In this document: positions 30,361 through 39,014 of the stretch, in pieces
Layout: each line of letters begins with the position of its first letter
Position numbering within the stretch: the stretch's first letter is position 1
From: Candidatus Kerfeldbacteria bacterium
GTDB taxonomy: Bacteria > Patescibacteriota > Patescibacteriia > UBA9570 > XYC2-FULL-38-9
DNA: 64,000 bases
Assembly: GCA_016182555.1 (NCBI GenBank)
Contig: JACPGJ010000007.1
Span: 192,053-256,052, forward strand
Direction of reading: 5' to 3'
Program-made: the position numbers and the translations under genes
The notes under the pieces: model-generated
Told to the model about the DNA's origin: nothing
The model's database searches: none
The model's input: the letters and a program-made list of their open reading frames with translations, nothing else

Positions 30361-30906
30361 ATGCACATTGAAACCATATCCATTCAGTTAAGGCACGGCT
30401 TCGCGATGTTGCGGAGTGGTCGTGAGCTACACTGGCTGAATGGGTATTACAAAAAACGTTGGGGTAGTATGCGGCCAACAGTAGCGCTTGAGTTTAATGG
30501 TACCAACAAGTGGGTGGGGACATTTAGTTGGCATCATAGTTTAGATAAGGTTGAAGCGAGTTTTAAAGTGGTTGTGACAGACTGGGGCAGTGAGTCTACC
30601 TGTTATAGTTTTGAGATAGGGTCTCAAAAGTGGGACTTATCACCTAAAGAACTGTGGCAGTATGGCAATGTTGGTAAGGATGATTATCAACAAGCACAGC
30701 AGAGGATGCTATACTTGATGTATAGTCAAACCAGGACTGCACTTCAGGCAGCAACATCTATGCCTGATTTTGACCTACAAGACCAGATCAAAAGAGGAGA
30801 TGCTAACCTGGAGGTGTTTAACAACAAAGTTTCCCTGAGGATGTTTGATAACGTTTGGGAAAGTGCGGTGCATTATACTATTCGTAAGCTGTATATCCCC
30901 TCCTAG
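30361..30906 (+). CDS. Cargo 4: hypothetical protein
   Basis: 181-codon ORF divergent from TrmB4; purine-rich GAAAGAGAG upstream. Confidence 0.6.
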   Translation: MHIETISIQLRHGFAMLRSGRELHWLNGYYKKRWGSMRPTVALEFNGTNKWVGTFSWHHSLDKVEASFKVVVTDWGSESTCYSFEIGSQKWDLSPKELWQYGNVGKDDYQQAQQRMLYLMYSQTRTALQAATSMPDFDLQDQIKRGDANLEVFNNKVSLRMFDNVWESAVHYTIRKLYIPS

Positions 30907-31097
30907 AAATTCGTGCCGCCTGTCACGTTCCCTCCTACAGGCATATCCCAGTGCCTACCTTTTAAAAGATGGATACTGGAATATCTATAGTGCTAAAGCT
31001 GGTTCTACTATCAACTGCTTTATCAAATTCATATTCACCTTCCAGTCAGTTTGGAGGTTCCTGAATACGTCCACTAAGGGACCCATGATGGGAAGAA

Positions 31098-31118
31098 GCG
31101 AGGCGAAAGCCTCGTTTT
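31098..31118 (+). terminator. Intrinsic terminator with GAAA tetraloop
   Basis: GCGAGGC-GAAA-GCCTCGT-TTT. Confidence 0.7.
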
Positions 31119-31130
31119 GATTTGTATTTA

Positions 31131-31161
31131 GAGAAGCTTTGCAAACAAAACTGCTTTTTTG
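31131..31161 (+). repeat. Array hairpin repeat, copy 4 (3' half only)
   Basis: GAGAAGCTTTGCAAACAAAACTGCTTTTTT matches the 3' half of copy 2. Confidence 0.75.
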
Positions 31162-31165
31162 TTAT

Positions 31166-31906
31166 TTACACATTCCATGCTACATAAAACAAACTTTTTA
31201 ACATTTCATGTATTCCTTTGCTTTCAATAATCACTCCAAAAAAATCTTCTTGGTATGAGAGAAAAGCTACTTTATGTGCAAATATTTTCACATCTCCGCT
31301 ATATAATGCGTGTTGATTTTTGATAATTTTGATTTCTCTGAGTTCATTTTTTGCAGAACTTGCCCACTCACCTGCTGTCTGATCATCATGTGTAATAATT
31401 TTGTTGACCACTTTTTTCCGTATACGTTCTTTAACATATTTGTCGAGGATTTCTTTTGGAATGTATTCATAAAAATTTTGCACTCCGATATACGTCAGAA
31501 TAGTATCGCCTGGAGAAACGGATGCAATAATATCATGATAAAACTTTTTCATCCCTATTGCTCCTTCATATAACAGAATGTTTGGTTTTGAACGTAAAAA
31601 ATTTTGATATTTTGCTAACTCTGGAATCATCTGGCGTACCGCTTCTATTTTTTCTTCTATCGCTTGCTCAAGATTACGAACATCATCAACAAAGTAATAT
31701 TTTCTCCCCTTCTGCTTTGTCACCGAAATAAATCCATTTCGCTGCATCTCAGGCAGAATATTATATAACGTTGTTCTTTTCAGATTACAGCGCTTTGCTA
31801 AATCAGTTGCCGTTATTTCTCCTGCCTCTAACAACGTGAGGTAAATGAGCGCTTCTTTATCAGAGAAACCCATATTCTCTATTAAGTGTTGCTTCTGTAC
31901 TCGCAT
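31166..31906 (-). CDS. TrmB-family regulator 5
   Basis: MGFSDKEALIY..LKRTTLY; PNILLYEG; IFAHKVA..IIES. Confidence 0.88.
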   Translation of the reverse strand: MRVQKQHLIENMGFSDKEALIYLTLLEAGEITATDLAKRCNLKRTTLYNILPEMQRNGFISVTKQKGRKYYFVDDVRNLEQAIEEKIEAVRQMIPELAKYQNFLRSKPNILLYEGAIGMKKFYHDIIASVSPGDTILTYIGVQNFYEYIPKEILDKYVKERIRKKVVNKIITHDDQTAGEWASSAKNELREIKIIKNQHALYSGDVKIFAHKVAFLSYQEDFFGVIIESKGIHEMLKSLFYVAWNV

Positions 31907-32099
31907 ATATTTATACTGTGTCTACATTTTTAGACAATATTCTAGTTACTATTTTTTACAAAAAATGCCTTAATTTACAGCCATAATAGTTATTCTTTCC
32001 ACTAGCATAATATAGAATAACAAAAAAATCAAACGCTATTTTTATTTTCATATAACGTGTAAATCGGCAATCACGCCTAGCCCATATCTGGAGGACATC

Positions 32100-32324
32100 A
32101 TGGACGGTCTGCTTTGGCTTATTGCTAATTTATTCCAAGCTCATCAGAAGGTTTCGGAAAGAACCGCGCGCATTGCTTCACTAGAAACTGCTTTATTGAC
32201 TGCTTCATCTGACGAAGAGAAAGAAGCAATCACAAAGCGAATTAATGAAATTCGTGCCGAGACCATGCACCTGGATGCTGGTCGCAAAGCAGTGCTCAGA
32301 GCAAATGGAAACCCTGAGAAGTGA
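32100..32324 (+). CDS. Cargo 5: small coiled-coil protein
   Basis: GGAGG SD; 74 aa with heptad-like composition. Confidence 0.65.
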   Translation: MDGLLWLIANLFQAHQKVSERTARIASLETALLTASSDEEKEAITKRINEIRAETMHLDAGRKAVLRANGNPEK

Positions 32325-32367
32325 TTACCTGCTGAGGTACTTGCGTTCAATGTACCTAGACAGTATC

Positions 32368-32434
32368 AATGGTTTGGCAGTACCAGTTGCGTTGAGAGCT
32401 TGGAGGAGCTTTCCGCACAAAACTGCCTTTTTTT
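32368..32434 (+). repeat. Array hairpin repeat, copy 5
   Basis: AATGGTTTGGCAGTACCAGTTGCGTTGAGAGCTTGGAGGAGCTTTCCGCACAAAACTGCC plus T-run. Confidence 0.92.
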
Positions 32435-32436
32435 AT

Positions 32437-33225
32437 TTACTGCCACCCACCTTCAACAGGTTTGGCAAAATGATGAATAGACTCAAACAGCGCACGTAGA
32501 ATGCCAACAATACCCGCATGCTCCAACGTAAAAAGTAGTTTAACTTCTGGAATAAAAAACGCAGCTTTGTTTCCATATATCATCACAAGGTGCTCAAGTG
32601 GCAATGCGGCTTCTGGCAATGTGCGTAAATCCCACAAGCGTGCTCGCATCAAGCGTTTATTTTCTTCGGCAAGGCCTTTTCCTGGCAGAGCCATAGATTC
32701 TGTGGTGAACACTGCACGCGTTAAAATGCGCCTGTCCACCATGCGTCCGAAAAATACCGCCCACTCTTTACTGGAGAGCAATTTCAATTCTCCCTTCACA
32801 GCTGTTTTTCCTTCCAGCACAAGAAATTCAGACCCCCGTGGCATTGTACTCATTTCGTCGTAAATACGTTTCATGCCAGCCGCTGATTCAATAACCTCAA
32901 TAAGCGGCTTTTGTGTTTCAGCGCGTTGCAACGATTCCAATTCGGGCACAACGGATTTAAAATCAACCGTCCAGCGTTCAAACAAATCGGCTAAATCTTT
33001 TGGCGGTAGAGCAACATATTCCGTTCTGCGCCCAACTCGTGTTTCCTTCACCAGCCCGCGTTCAATCAAATGGGTGAGATGGAAAGAAACTGCGGCTCTA
33101 TTTTTCTTTTGTGCATACGCTAATTCTGTAATTTTGCTTGAACCCTGCTTTAACAACAGTACATACAACTCTGCCTGTTGTGGCGTAAGAGAGAAGTTTT
33201 CGAGCAGTTCGATGGGTTTTGCCAT
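32437..33225 (-). CDS. TrmB-family regulator 6
   Basis: FSLTPQQAELY..KNRAAVS; PLIEVIE; IYGNKAA. Confidence 0.82.
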   Translation of the reverse strand: MAKPIELLENFSLTPQQAELYVLLLKQGSSKITELAYAQKKNRAAVSFHLTHLIERGLVKETRVGRRTEYVALPPKDLADLFERWTVDFKSVVPELESLQRAETQKPLIEVIESAAGMKRIYDEMSTMPRGSEFLVLEGKTAVKGELKLLSSKEWAVFFGRMVDRRILTRAVFTTESMALPGKGLAEENKRLMRARLWDLRTLPEAALPLEHLVMIYGNKAAFFIPEVKLLFTLEHAGIVGILRALFESIHHFAKPVEGGWQ

Positions 33226-33413
33226 ATATTTTTCTATAAATGTCTACGATTATTTACATCCAATTATACGCTATTTTATTAGTATAGTCAAACATTTTGT
33301 ATGTTTAACGTCTATAACCGTTGACGTTGAGCGGTTTTTCAGGTATTCTGTTCTGTTGATTGAGAATAGTTCTCATGAAACACGCACCTTTACAACCGAT
33401 AAAGGAAAAGATC

Positions 33414-34031
33414 ATGAAAGTTTTAGTAATCGACGACAACGAAATCAACCGAAAATCTGCGCGGGATACTCTTGAGGGGCACGACCTCACGATCGCTGAT
33501 TCAATGAGTGCTGGTGGACTTGCAATGTTCCACGCGAAAAAAAATTTGCCATTCGAAGCGGTTCTGACGGATATGAATATGCCGAGGGAGGAGGAGGGAG
33601 AGCTTGCCGCGTATGGATTCATCATTGCTCTGATGGCAGTGCAATACGGGGCAAAGTACATTGCCATGGTTACAAGGAAAGGCGGCCACGATGATAAGAA
33701 AGATGCAATGGCGGAAGCTCTTTCCTCTCTTGGTCCGTGGCACTACACAAACAAACAGCGTTTAAATATTAACGGAGCAAGGGTTATGTTTGTGTACGCA
33801 CCTACAACCAGTGAAGCGACTGGAGAGGGGTCGTGTCCTTCCTGCAGTGGCTCTGGAACCTGCAAGTATTGCGATGGCACGGGAATTTTTGTGGATGAGG
33901 ACAGGAGGCAGGACAACTGCCATGTGTGTCACAATAGTCAAGGCGGTTGCCACCGTTGCAAAGGAGAAGGCAAGGTGAAAATATATGGGAAGGACTGGGG
34001 TAGGGTTCTGTCCGACCTTATTGCTCCATAA
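33414..34031 (+). CDS. Cargo 6: atypical receiver-like protein with a DnaJ-like CxxCxGxG zinc finger
   Basis: VLVIDDN, VLTDMNMP, MVT; CPSCSGSG, CKYCDGTG, CHVC, CHRCKGEG; AAGGA upstream. Confidence 0.78.
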   Translation: MKVLVIDDNEINRKSARDTLEGHDLTIADSMSAGGLAMFHAKKNLPFEAVLTDMNMPREEEGELAAYGFIIALMAVQYGAKYIAMVTRKGGHDDKKDAMAEALSSLGPWHYTNKQRLNINGARVMFVYAPTTSEATGEGSCPSCSGSGTCKYCDGTGIFVDEDRRQDNCHVCHNSQGGCHRCKGEGKVKIYGKDWGRVLSDLIAP

Positions 34032-34046
34032 GTAAAAAGGAGAACC

Positions 34047-34115
34047 AACGGTTTGGCAGTATCCGTGCGTCGAGAGTTGTAGCACACAACTTTCCGCATA
34101 AAAACTGCCTCTTTT
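34047..34115 (+). repeat. Array hairpin repeat, copy 6 (covarying inner stem)
   Basis: AACGGTTTGGCAGTATCCGTGCGTCGAGAGTTGTAGCACACAACTTTCCGCATAAAAACTGCC. Confidence 0.9.
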
Positions 34116-34860
34116 ATTTTCTCGCACTATTCCAAGCTAATTTCCAAATCATTTTCATGGTATTAGCAATGAGTTGGCTTTCAATGGTGACTGCAAACAC
34201 TTCATGGGTGTGATATGAAATCATAGACACAACATTGTCATAGCACATAATTTCACATTCAAAATTGTAGGTTGATGCTGGGAGTAATCGCGATTCACGA
34301 AATTCTTGTTTATCTCTACTATGAAAATCTACTGCTAATTCATCATCAGGAATCACAAGCTTGGCTAGTTTATTATTTTTTTTACGAGCAGGAATATACT
34401 CTTTCTGCCAAAAATGAATCAATGCTTTATCACGTACTTGTAATGATTCTATTCCTACAAATGCTTTCAGTTCATTTTCTTTCGCATTCAGTGAAGCACG
34501 ATATACCTCTTTTACTCCTTCAATTCCTTCATAATATTTCAACACTGGTTTTATCGCATCATGATTCATTCGTGTGACTAACTCTGGGAGCAGTGTATCA
34601 AACTGCTTCAATTTTTCTTTGAAGAGCTGCTTGAGCGTTGAAGGATGTTCCGCAACATACACTGTCTGCTTTCCTTTTTTTGATTGCGTGACAAATCGTT
34701 TTTCAATGAGATTATCGATCGTGTGATAGAGAGTTGTACGATTGATTTTTGTTTTACTGGAAAGCTGTAAAATAGACGATGAGCCAAGTTCAAGCAAGGC
34801 AAGATACAGTGCCGCTTCTTTATCTGTTAATCCATATTGTTGCAATGCTTCTTGAATCAT
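34114..34860 (-). CDS. TrmB-family regulator 7
   Basis: YGLTDKEAALY..INRTTLY; PVLKYYEG; IWKLAW. Confidence 0.88.
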   Translation of the reverse strand: MIQEALQQYGLTDKEAALYLALLELGSSSILQLSSKTKINRTTLYHTIDNLIEKRFVTQSKKGKQTVYVAEHPSTLKQLFKEKLKQFDTLLPELVTRMNHDAIKPVLKYYEGIEGVKEVYRASLNAKENELKAFVGIESLQVRDKALIHFWQKEYIPARKKNNKLAKLVIPDDELAVDFHSRDKQEFRESRLLPASTYNFECEIMCYDNVVSMISYHTHEVFAVTIESQLIANTMKMIWKLAWNSARK

Positions 34861-35032
34861 GTTGACTATTTTCGACAAATATTAAAACTAAATTTAAGCT
34901 AATATAAATAACTTTATCCATAAATAAGAGTAAAATATATTATATCTTGTTTATAAAAATAGTCAAATATTTGTATGAATGGTAGTGTTGTTTGTTCCTC
35001 AATAACGAGGGGCACAACAGGAAGGATCTTTT

Positions 35033-35488
35033 ATGCTTAGGCTTGTCGAAATGTTCAAAATTGAAGTTGATTCCACTATCAATTTTGAACGGGCACATTT
35101 TTTTCACAATCAAAAAGCGTTTCTTCAGTGCCTACCAGACGTGGAGAAAAGATTTCCACTCAACGACGACCGGGGAAAGGTGGAAATATTCATCTATGAG
35201 GTAACGGCTGAAGAGATGACGAATGATCAACTCAACGAGGAATTGTTTCGAAACCACTGGCGGATGGCTGGAAGCAGAATCGGCCTTTCGCTTATGTCTG
35301 ATCAACAGATCAGATGGCGAATGCGAGAAAAATACCCCACGGTATTTTTTACTGAAACATGGCATGACGGAAATGTGCCAAGACGGCTCGCTTTTTGTGA
35401 AGGGATGCATAAGTTTGGCACCATGCTGGGAATAATCCCAATGGCGCCAATCAGCAAAGGAGACAAATTTCTTGTTGTAAAGGTGTAG
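35033..35488 (+). CDS. Cargo 7: hypothetical protein
   Basis: AGGAAGGA upstream; 151-aa ORF; no family recognised. Confidence 0.62.
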   Translation: MLRLVEMFKIEVDSTINFERAHFFHNQKAFLQCLPDVEKRFPLNDDRGKVEIFIYEVTAEEMTNDQLNEELFRNHWRMAGSRIGLSLMSDQQIRWRMREKYPTVFFTETWHDGNVPRRLAFCEGMHKFGTMLGIIPMAPISKGDKFLVVKV

Positions 35489-35500
35489 GATCATCAATTT

Positions 35501-35559
35501 AGCAGTACCTGTTACGTTGAAAGCTTGGAGGAGCTTTCTGCAACGGTACTGCTTTTTTT
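35501..35559 (+). repeat. Array hairpin repeat, copy 7 (variant)
   Basis: AGCAGTACC..GAAAGCT-TGGAGG-AGCTTTC..GGTACTGCT plus T-run. Confidence 0.85.
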
Positions 35560-35743
35560 ATTACTTAAAAAATAGTAATAGCTTATAATTGCTCCTAATT
35601 TAGGTTGAACTATACATTAAAAGTTTGGTTCATAAAACACATTCATCGATTCAACTCTTGATTTTCTCGCTTCAAAAAAAACAGGCTCGTCAGATATAAT
35701 ATCCTCGGAGCCTTTATTGGATCGGCTATTTGAGCATATCCGA

Positions 35744-36193
35744 TCATACGTATGCGCGTAACAGAATTCCAACTTCCTTCTCTATCTTTTCCTTGAAAGT
35801 AGTATCAAGGTGAAGGTACTGTTGCCGACAAGCTCGTATCGTACCCTTGATATCACCAAGTACGTACACTGTAATCGTTTCATCTGTGGGAGGAGCACAA
35901 CCAATAAGGGAAGATACTCTGCTCAGATTTTCGATACCAATTTCAATTTGGTTTTGAGCACAGATACCAAATATACTGATGATAAGCTCGATAGCCTTAC
36001 GAAATGACTTGGGCTTATGATGATGGTGAGCCAAAAAGGCTGCATCAACCAAGTTTTCCCACTGCACAATAGTAGGAGGATGTTTGTCATATTTCTTTGC
36101 ATGCTCATCAACCATGTGAATAAGCTCTCGCAAAGTGGTCTCTGGATCGATCCCTTTGAAACTCAGTAGCTCTTGGTCGATATTCAGGCTCAT
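35744..36193 (-). CDS. Cargo 8: hypothetical helical protein (inverted unit)
   Basis: AAGGAG SD on the minus strand; divergent from TrmB8. Confidence 0.62.
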   Translation of the reverse strand: MSLNIDQELLSFKGIDPETTLRELIHMVDEHAKKYDKHPPTIVQWENLVDAAFLAHHHHKPKSFRKAIELIISIFGICAQNQIEIGIENLSRVSSLIGCAPPTDETITVYVLGDIKGTIRACRQQYLHLDTTFKEKIEKEVGILLRAYV

Positions 36194-36368
36194 CTTTCTC
36201 TCCTTCTAACTACGTTACACTGTTTGATTACTCAAGGCACATGCTTATCCTTCCATTTTTCTATATGTATTTAAATATACTAAAAATATATTTTGCCTAT
36301 ACTTAGTGTAAAAATTGACATAATTAAATTCTGTTGACAAAAATAATGACAGTAGATAGTGTAATAAT

Positions 36369-37133
36369 ATGTCTATAGAAAAAATGTTAGAACAATTGGG
36401 ATTAGAGCAAAAGCAAGCACTCGTCTACCTTACATGCCTCCAACTTGGTAAAGATAGTGCGTTTCATATTGCTGAAAAATGTGGCCTGAAACGTTCAACC
36501 GTATACATCAAACTAAATGAACTCAATATAAAAGGATTAGTACAGATTACAAAAACATCAAAGGCAAAATTGTATCAGGCTGTTTCTCCAAAACGATTAT
36601 TACAACAAATAGACTTTAGAAAAAAACAGATTGAAGAATCACTCCCCCTGTTGCTTTCTCTGTATAAAGATGAGAGTCAAAAACCGAATATTGAAATATT
36701 TGAAGGGAAAAATGCACTTGAGCAGATGAATAAAGAAATATTCCATTATATCCAGCAGAATCCCACCGAAGAAATCCTTTCGTTTGGAAGAATTGATTAT
36801 CTTGAACGTTATTATGAAAAAACATTTAGCAAATGGGTAAAGCAAGTACAATACAAACAATTTCGAACTCGCCAGATATTTAATAAAGGTGCTACTGAAA
36901 CAGCTCTTGTTAAAACATTACAAAAAAATGCTTCCGCTCAACACGATGTACGATTTGTTGATGAAGAATTATTTTCCAATGACAATGTTATTTGTGGAGA
37001 TACCATGTATATTTTCTCTATTGTAGAAAATAACCTATTTGTAATTGTGATCCATAATCAAGAAATTATACAGACCTATAAAGCTTTCTTTGATTTAGCG
37101 TGGAAAGGTATTAAAAAAACCCCACTCTCCTAA
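36369..37133 (+). CDS. TrmB-family regulator 8 (inverted unit)
   Basis: LGLEQKQALVY..LKRSTVY; PNIEIFEG; FFDLAW. Confidence 0.88.
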   Translation: MSIEKMLEQLGLEQKQALVYLTCLQLGKDSAFHIAEKCGLKRSTVYIKLNELNIKGLVQITKTSKAKLYQAVSPKRLLQQIDFRKKQIEESLPLLLSLYKDESQKPNIEIFEGKNALEQMNKEIFHYIQQNPTEEILSFGRIDYLERYYEKTFSKWVKQVQYKQFRTRQIFNKGATETALVKTLQKNASAQHDVRFVDEELFSNDNVICGDTMYIFSIVENNLFVIVIHNQEIIQTYKAFFDLAWKGIKKTPLS

Positions 37134-37180
37134 AAGGAATAGCTATGTATATCGTCTTAACTTGGGTAAAACCAAAATTT

Positions 37181-37954
37181 TTACTTTACTTTATTCGGTA
37201 ATGCATTCCAGACAAGGTTAAATAACGACGTCATTGAATCTGCTAACGCACTATCTTGAATAATAATGCCTGTCGGATGTTGGGTATTCCAGCTAATCAA
37301 GGCAATTTTATTTTTATAGACGTCAATTTCAATTTTGAAGGGATACTTCTGCGCATTAAATAATTTCATCGTGCGATACTCTTCTTTCTTTTTTGCGTAC
37401 TGTTTAGAAATCGCATTATCTGGAGCAATCCAGCGAATAGGAATGTGCTCTTTCATGCGTTTTGCAATAAATTGCTTTTCATGATGAGGAAGAATAGCCA
37501 GCATATCTTCTCCTGAGGAGATAGTAAGAATTTCTTTATCTGGATTTTTATCGAGCTTCATCGTTAGTAAAATATCACGAAATATATTTTCTACTCCCTC
37601 TTTTCCCTCAAAGAATTGCATACGCGTTTGTTGATCACCTGTCATAGCCATATTGAGTAATGGCAGAATTTGACGAAGATCAGTGAGTAAATCTTCAAAT
37701 CGAAATACAATAGACTCTGGTGATTCGGCAGTATACACTTTTCGCTTGCCTTCCAGATGATGAGTAATGAATCCTTTTTTTTCTAACTGCTCTACCAAAA
37801 TATTGACCGTACTGCGCTTTATTTTCGTACTCTCAGTAATTTGAGAAATGAATAAACCGTACTTGCTTTGAAGCAATGCAAAATAGATGCTCACTTCAAC
37901 ATCTTTTAGGCCTAATTGTCGTAATAATGAAGCAACGTCAGGAATGAGTACCAT
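37181..37954 (-). CDS. TrmB-family regulator 9
   Basis: LGLKDVEVSIY..IKRSTVN; MQFFEGKEGV; VYKNKIA; LFNLVW. Confidence 0.88.
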   Translation of the reverse strand: MVLIPDVASLLRQLGLKDVEVSIYFALLQSKYGLFISQITESTKIKRSTVNILVEQLEKKGFITHHLEGKRKVYTAESPESIVFRFEDLLTDLRQILPLLNMAMTGDQQTRMQFFEGKEGVENIFRDILLTMKLDKNPDKEILTISSGEDMLAILPHHEKQFIAKRMKEHIPIRWIAPDNAISKQYAKKKEEYRTMKLFNAQKYPFKIEIDVYKNKIALISWNTQHPTGIIIQDSALADSMTSLFNLVWNALPNKVK

Positions 37955-38058
37955 AGAAATTTAACAAAAAAATTAACATTTTGATACTATTTTAACAATA
38001 ATCTATTATTTTGTCTAGCACCTTGAAAACAATCTTAGCAAAAGAAAAGGAGGACACT

Positions 38059-38457
38059 ATGAATATCAAGCATGTTCTTGTTCTTGAGGATGATAAGGAC
38101 TTAATCGATCTCTACAAGAAATCTCTATGGGAAATGCTCCTTTCCGATAGTATTGTTCCTACTATGGCCTGTACCGTACATTCAGCCATATCTTGTGCCC
38201 AAGTGAGGGTCGATGTTGAACAACCATTTCATCTTGCCATTCTTGATTATTCCATTCGGAATGATCCGCAGAATGGAAACGATGCCGCCAGAATCATCAA
38301 GGAAATATCACCTACAACACGCATTGTTGGTAATACGGGTGGTAACCCACTGGTTTTCGATCGACGCTTCGTTGATAAGGTGATGCGAAAAAAAATCCGC
38401 AACTGGATGGAAATGATGCTTGCTATCGATGACCATAACCTTGGAGGAATACCATGA
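38059..38457 (+). CDS. Cargo 9a: receiver-domain protein
   Basis: AGGAGG SD; VLVLEDD, LAILDYSI, NG, NTG, RKK. Confidence 0.75.
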   Translation: MNIKHVLVLEDDKDLIDLYKKSLWEMLLSDSIVPTMACTVHSAISCAQVRVDVEQPFHLAILDYSIRNDPQNGNDAARIIKEISPTTRIVGNTGGNPLVFDRRFVDKVMRKKIRNWMEMMLAIDDHNLGGIP

Positions 38458-38999
38458 AGATTTTGATTATGGATGACAATCCACTTCACCGTGCTGCTGC
38501 ACAAGCTCAATTGAATGATCATGAGCTGACTGTAGTGAGTACATACGACGATGCTCAGGCATTGATTGGGAAAAAGCACGACTTCGATGTTGTGCTTGTC
38601 GACCTGCTCATGCCACCAAGCAAAAAAAATCTCAATTCCCAAGGAAAGAGGTTCACAAGAAAGGAGATGCCAGTTGGGATCTTTCTGGCATTGTTGGCCG
38701 CACGATTCGGTGCCAAGTATGTTGCCGTGGTGACAGATGCTGGACATCATGACCATCCAGCCTCAACCTGTTTCGATGCATTCAACCCTTTTGATCGGCA
38801 CAACGTGCATAATCCAAATGCACCACAACCGTTCAAGCTCAATGATGCAAAGGTCATTCTGTGCAACAACTGCATCGACTACTTCTACGGTGATGATCTC
38901 TCTCGGCAAATGGCATATGGCCAGTACAACACTGAAAAGGGAAAAGTTATTGCGGTAAAAAACTGGCGTTTGGTTCTGGAGGCACTTTTGCAAAGTTGA
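38454..38999 (+). CDS. Cargo 9b: atypical receiver-like protein (paralog of cargo 2 and 6)
   Basis: GGAGG SD and ATGA overlap; ILIMDDN, VLVDLLMP, EMPVG, GHHDHPAS, KNW..VL. Confidence 0.78.
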   Translation: MKILIMDDNPLHRAAAQAQLNDHELTVVSTYDDAQALIGKKHDFDVVLVDLLMPPSKKNLNSQGKRFTRKEMPVGIFLALLAARFGAKYVAVVTDAGHHDHPASTCFDAFNPFDRHNVHNPNAPQPFKLNDAKVILCNNCIDYFYGDDLSRQMAYGQYNTEKGKVIAVKNWRLVLEALLQS

Positions 39000-39014
39000 A
39001 TAAGCAGGATGCTT

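Noticed and set aside
32873-33475. Long antisense or overlapping ORFs (this one, 9141-9752, 1998-2549, 22899-23447 and similar)
   Set aside because: Shadow frames opposite well-supported genes, with no recognisable motifs.
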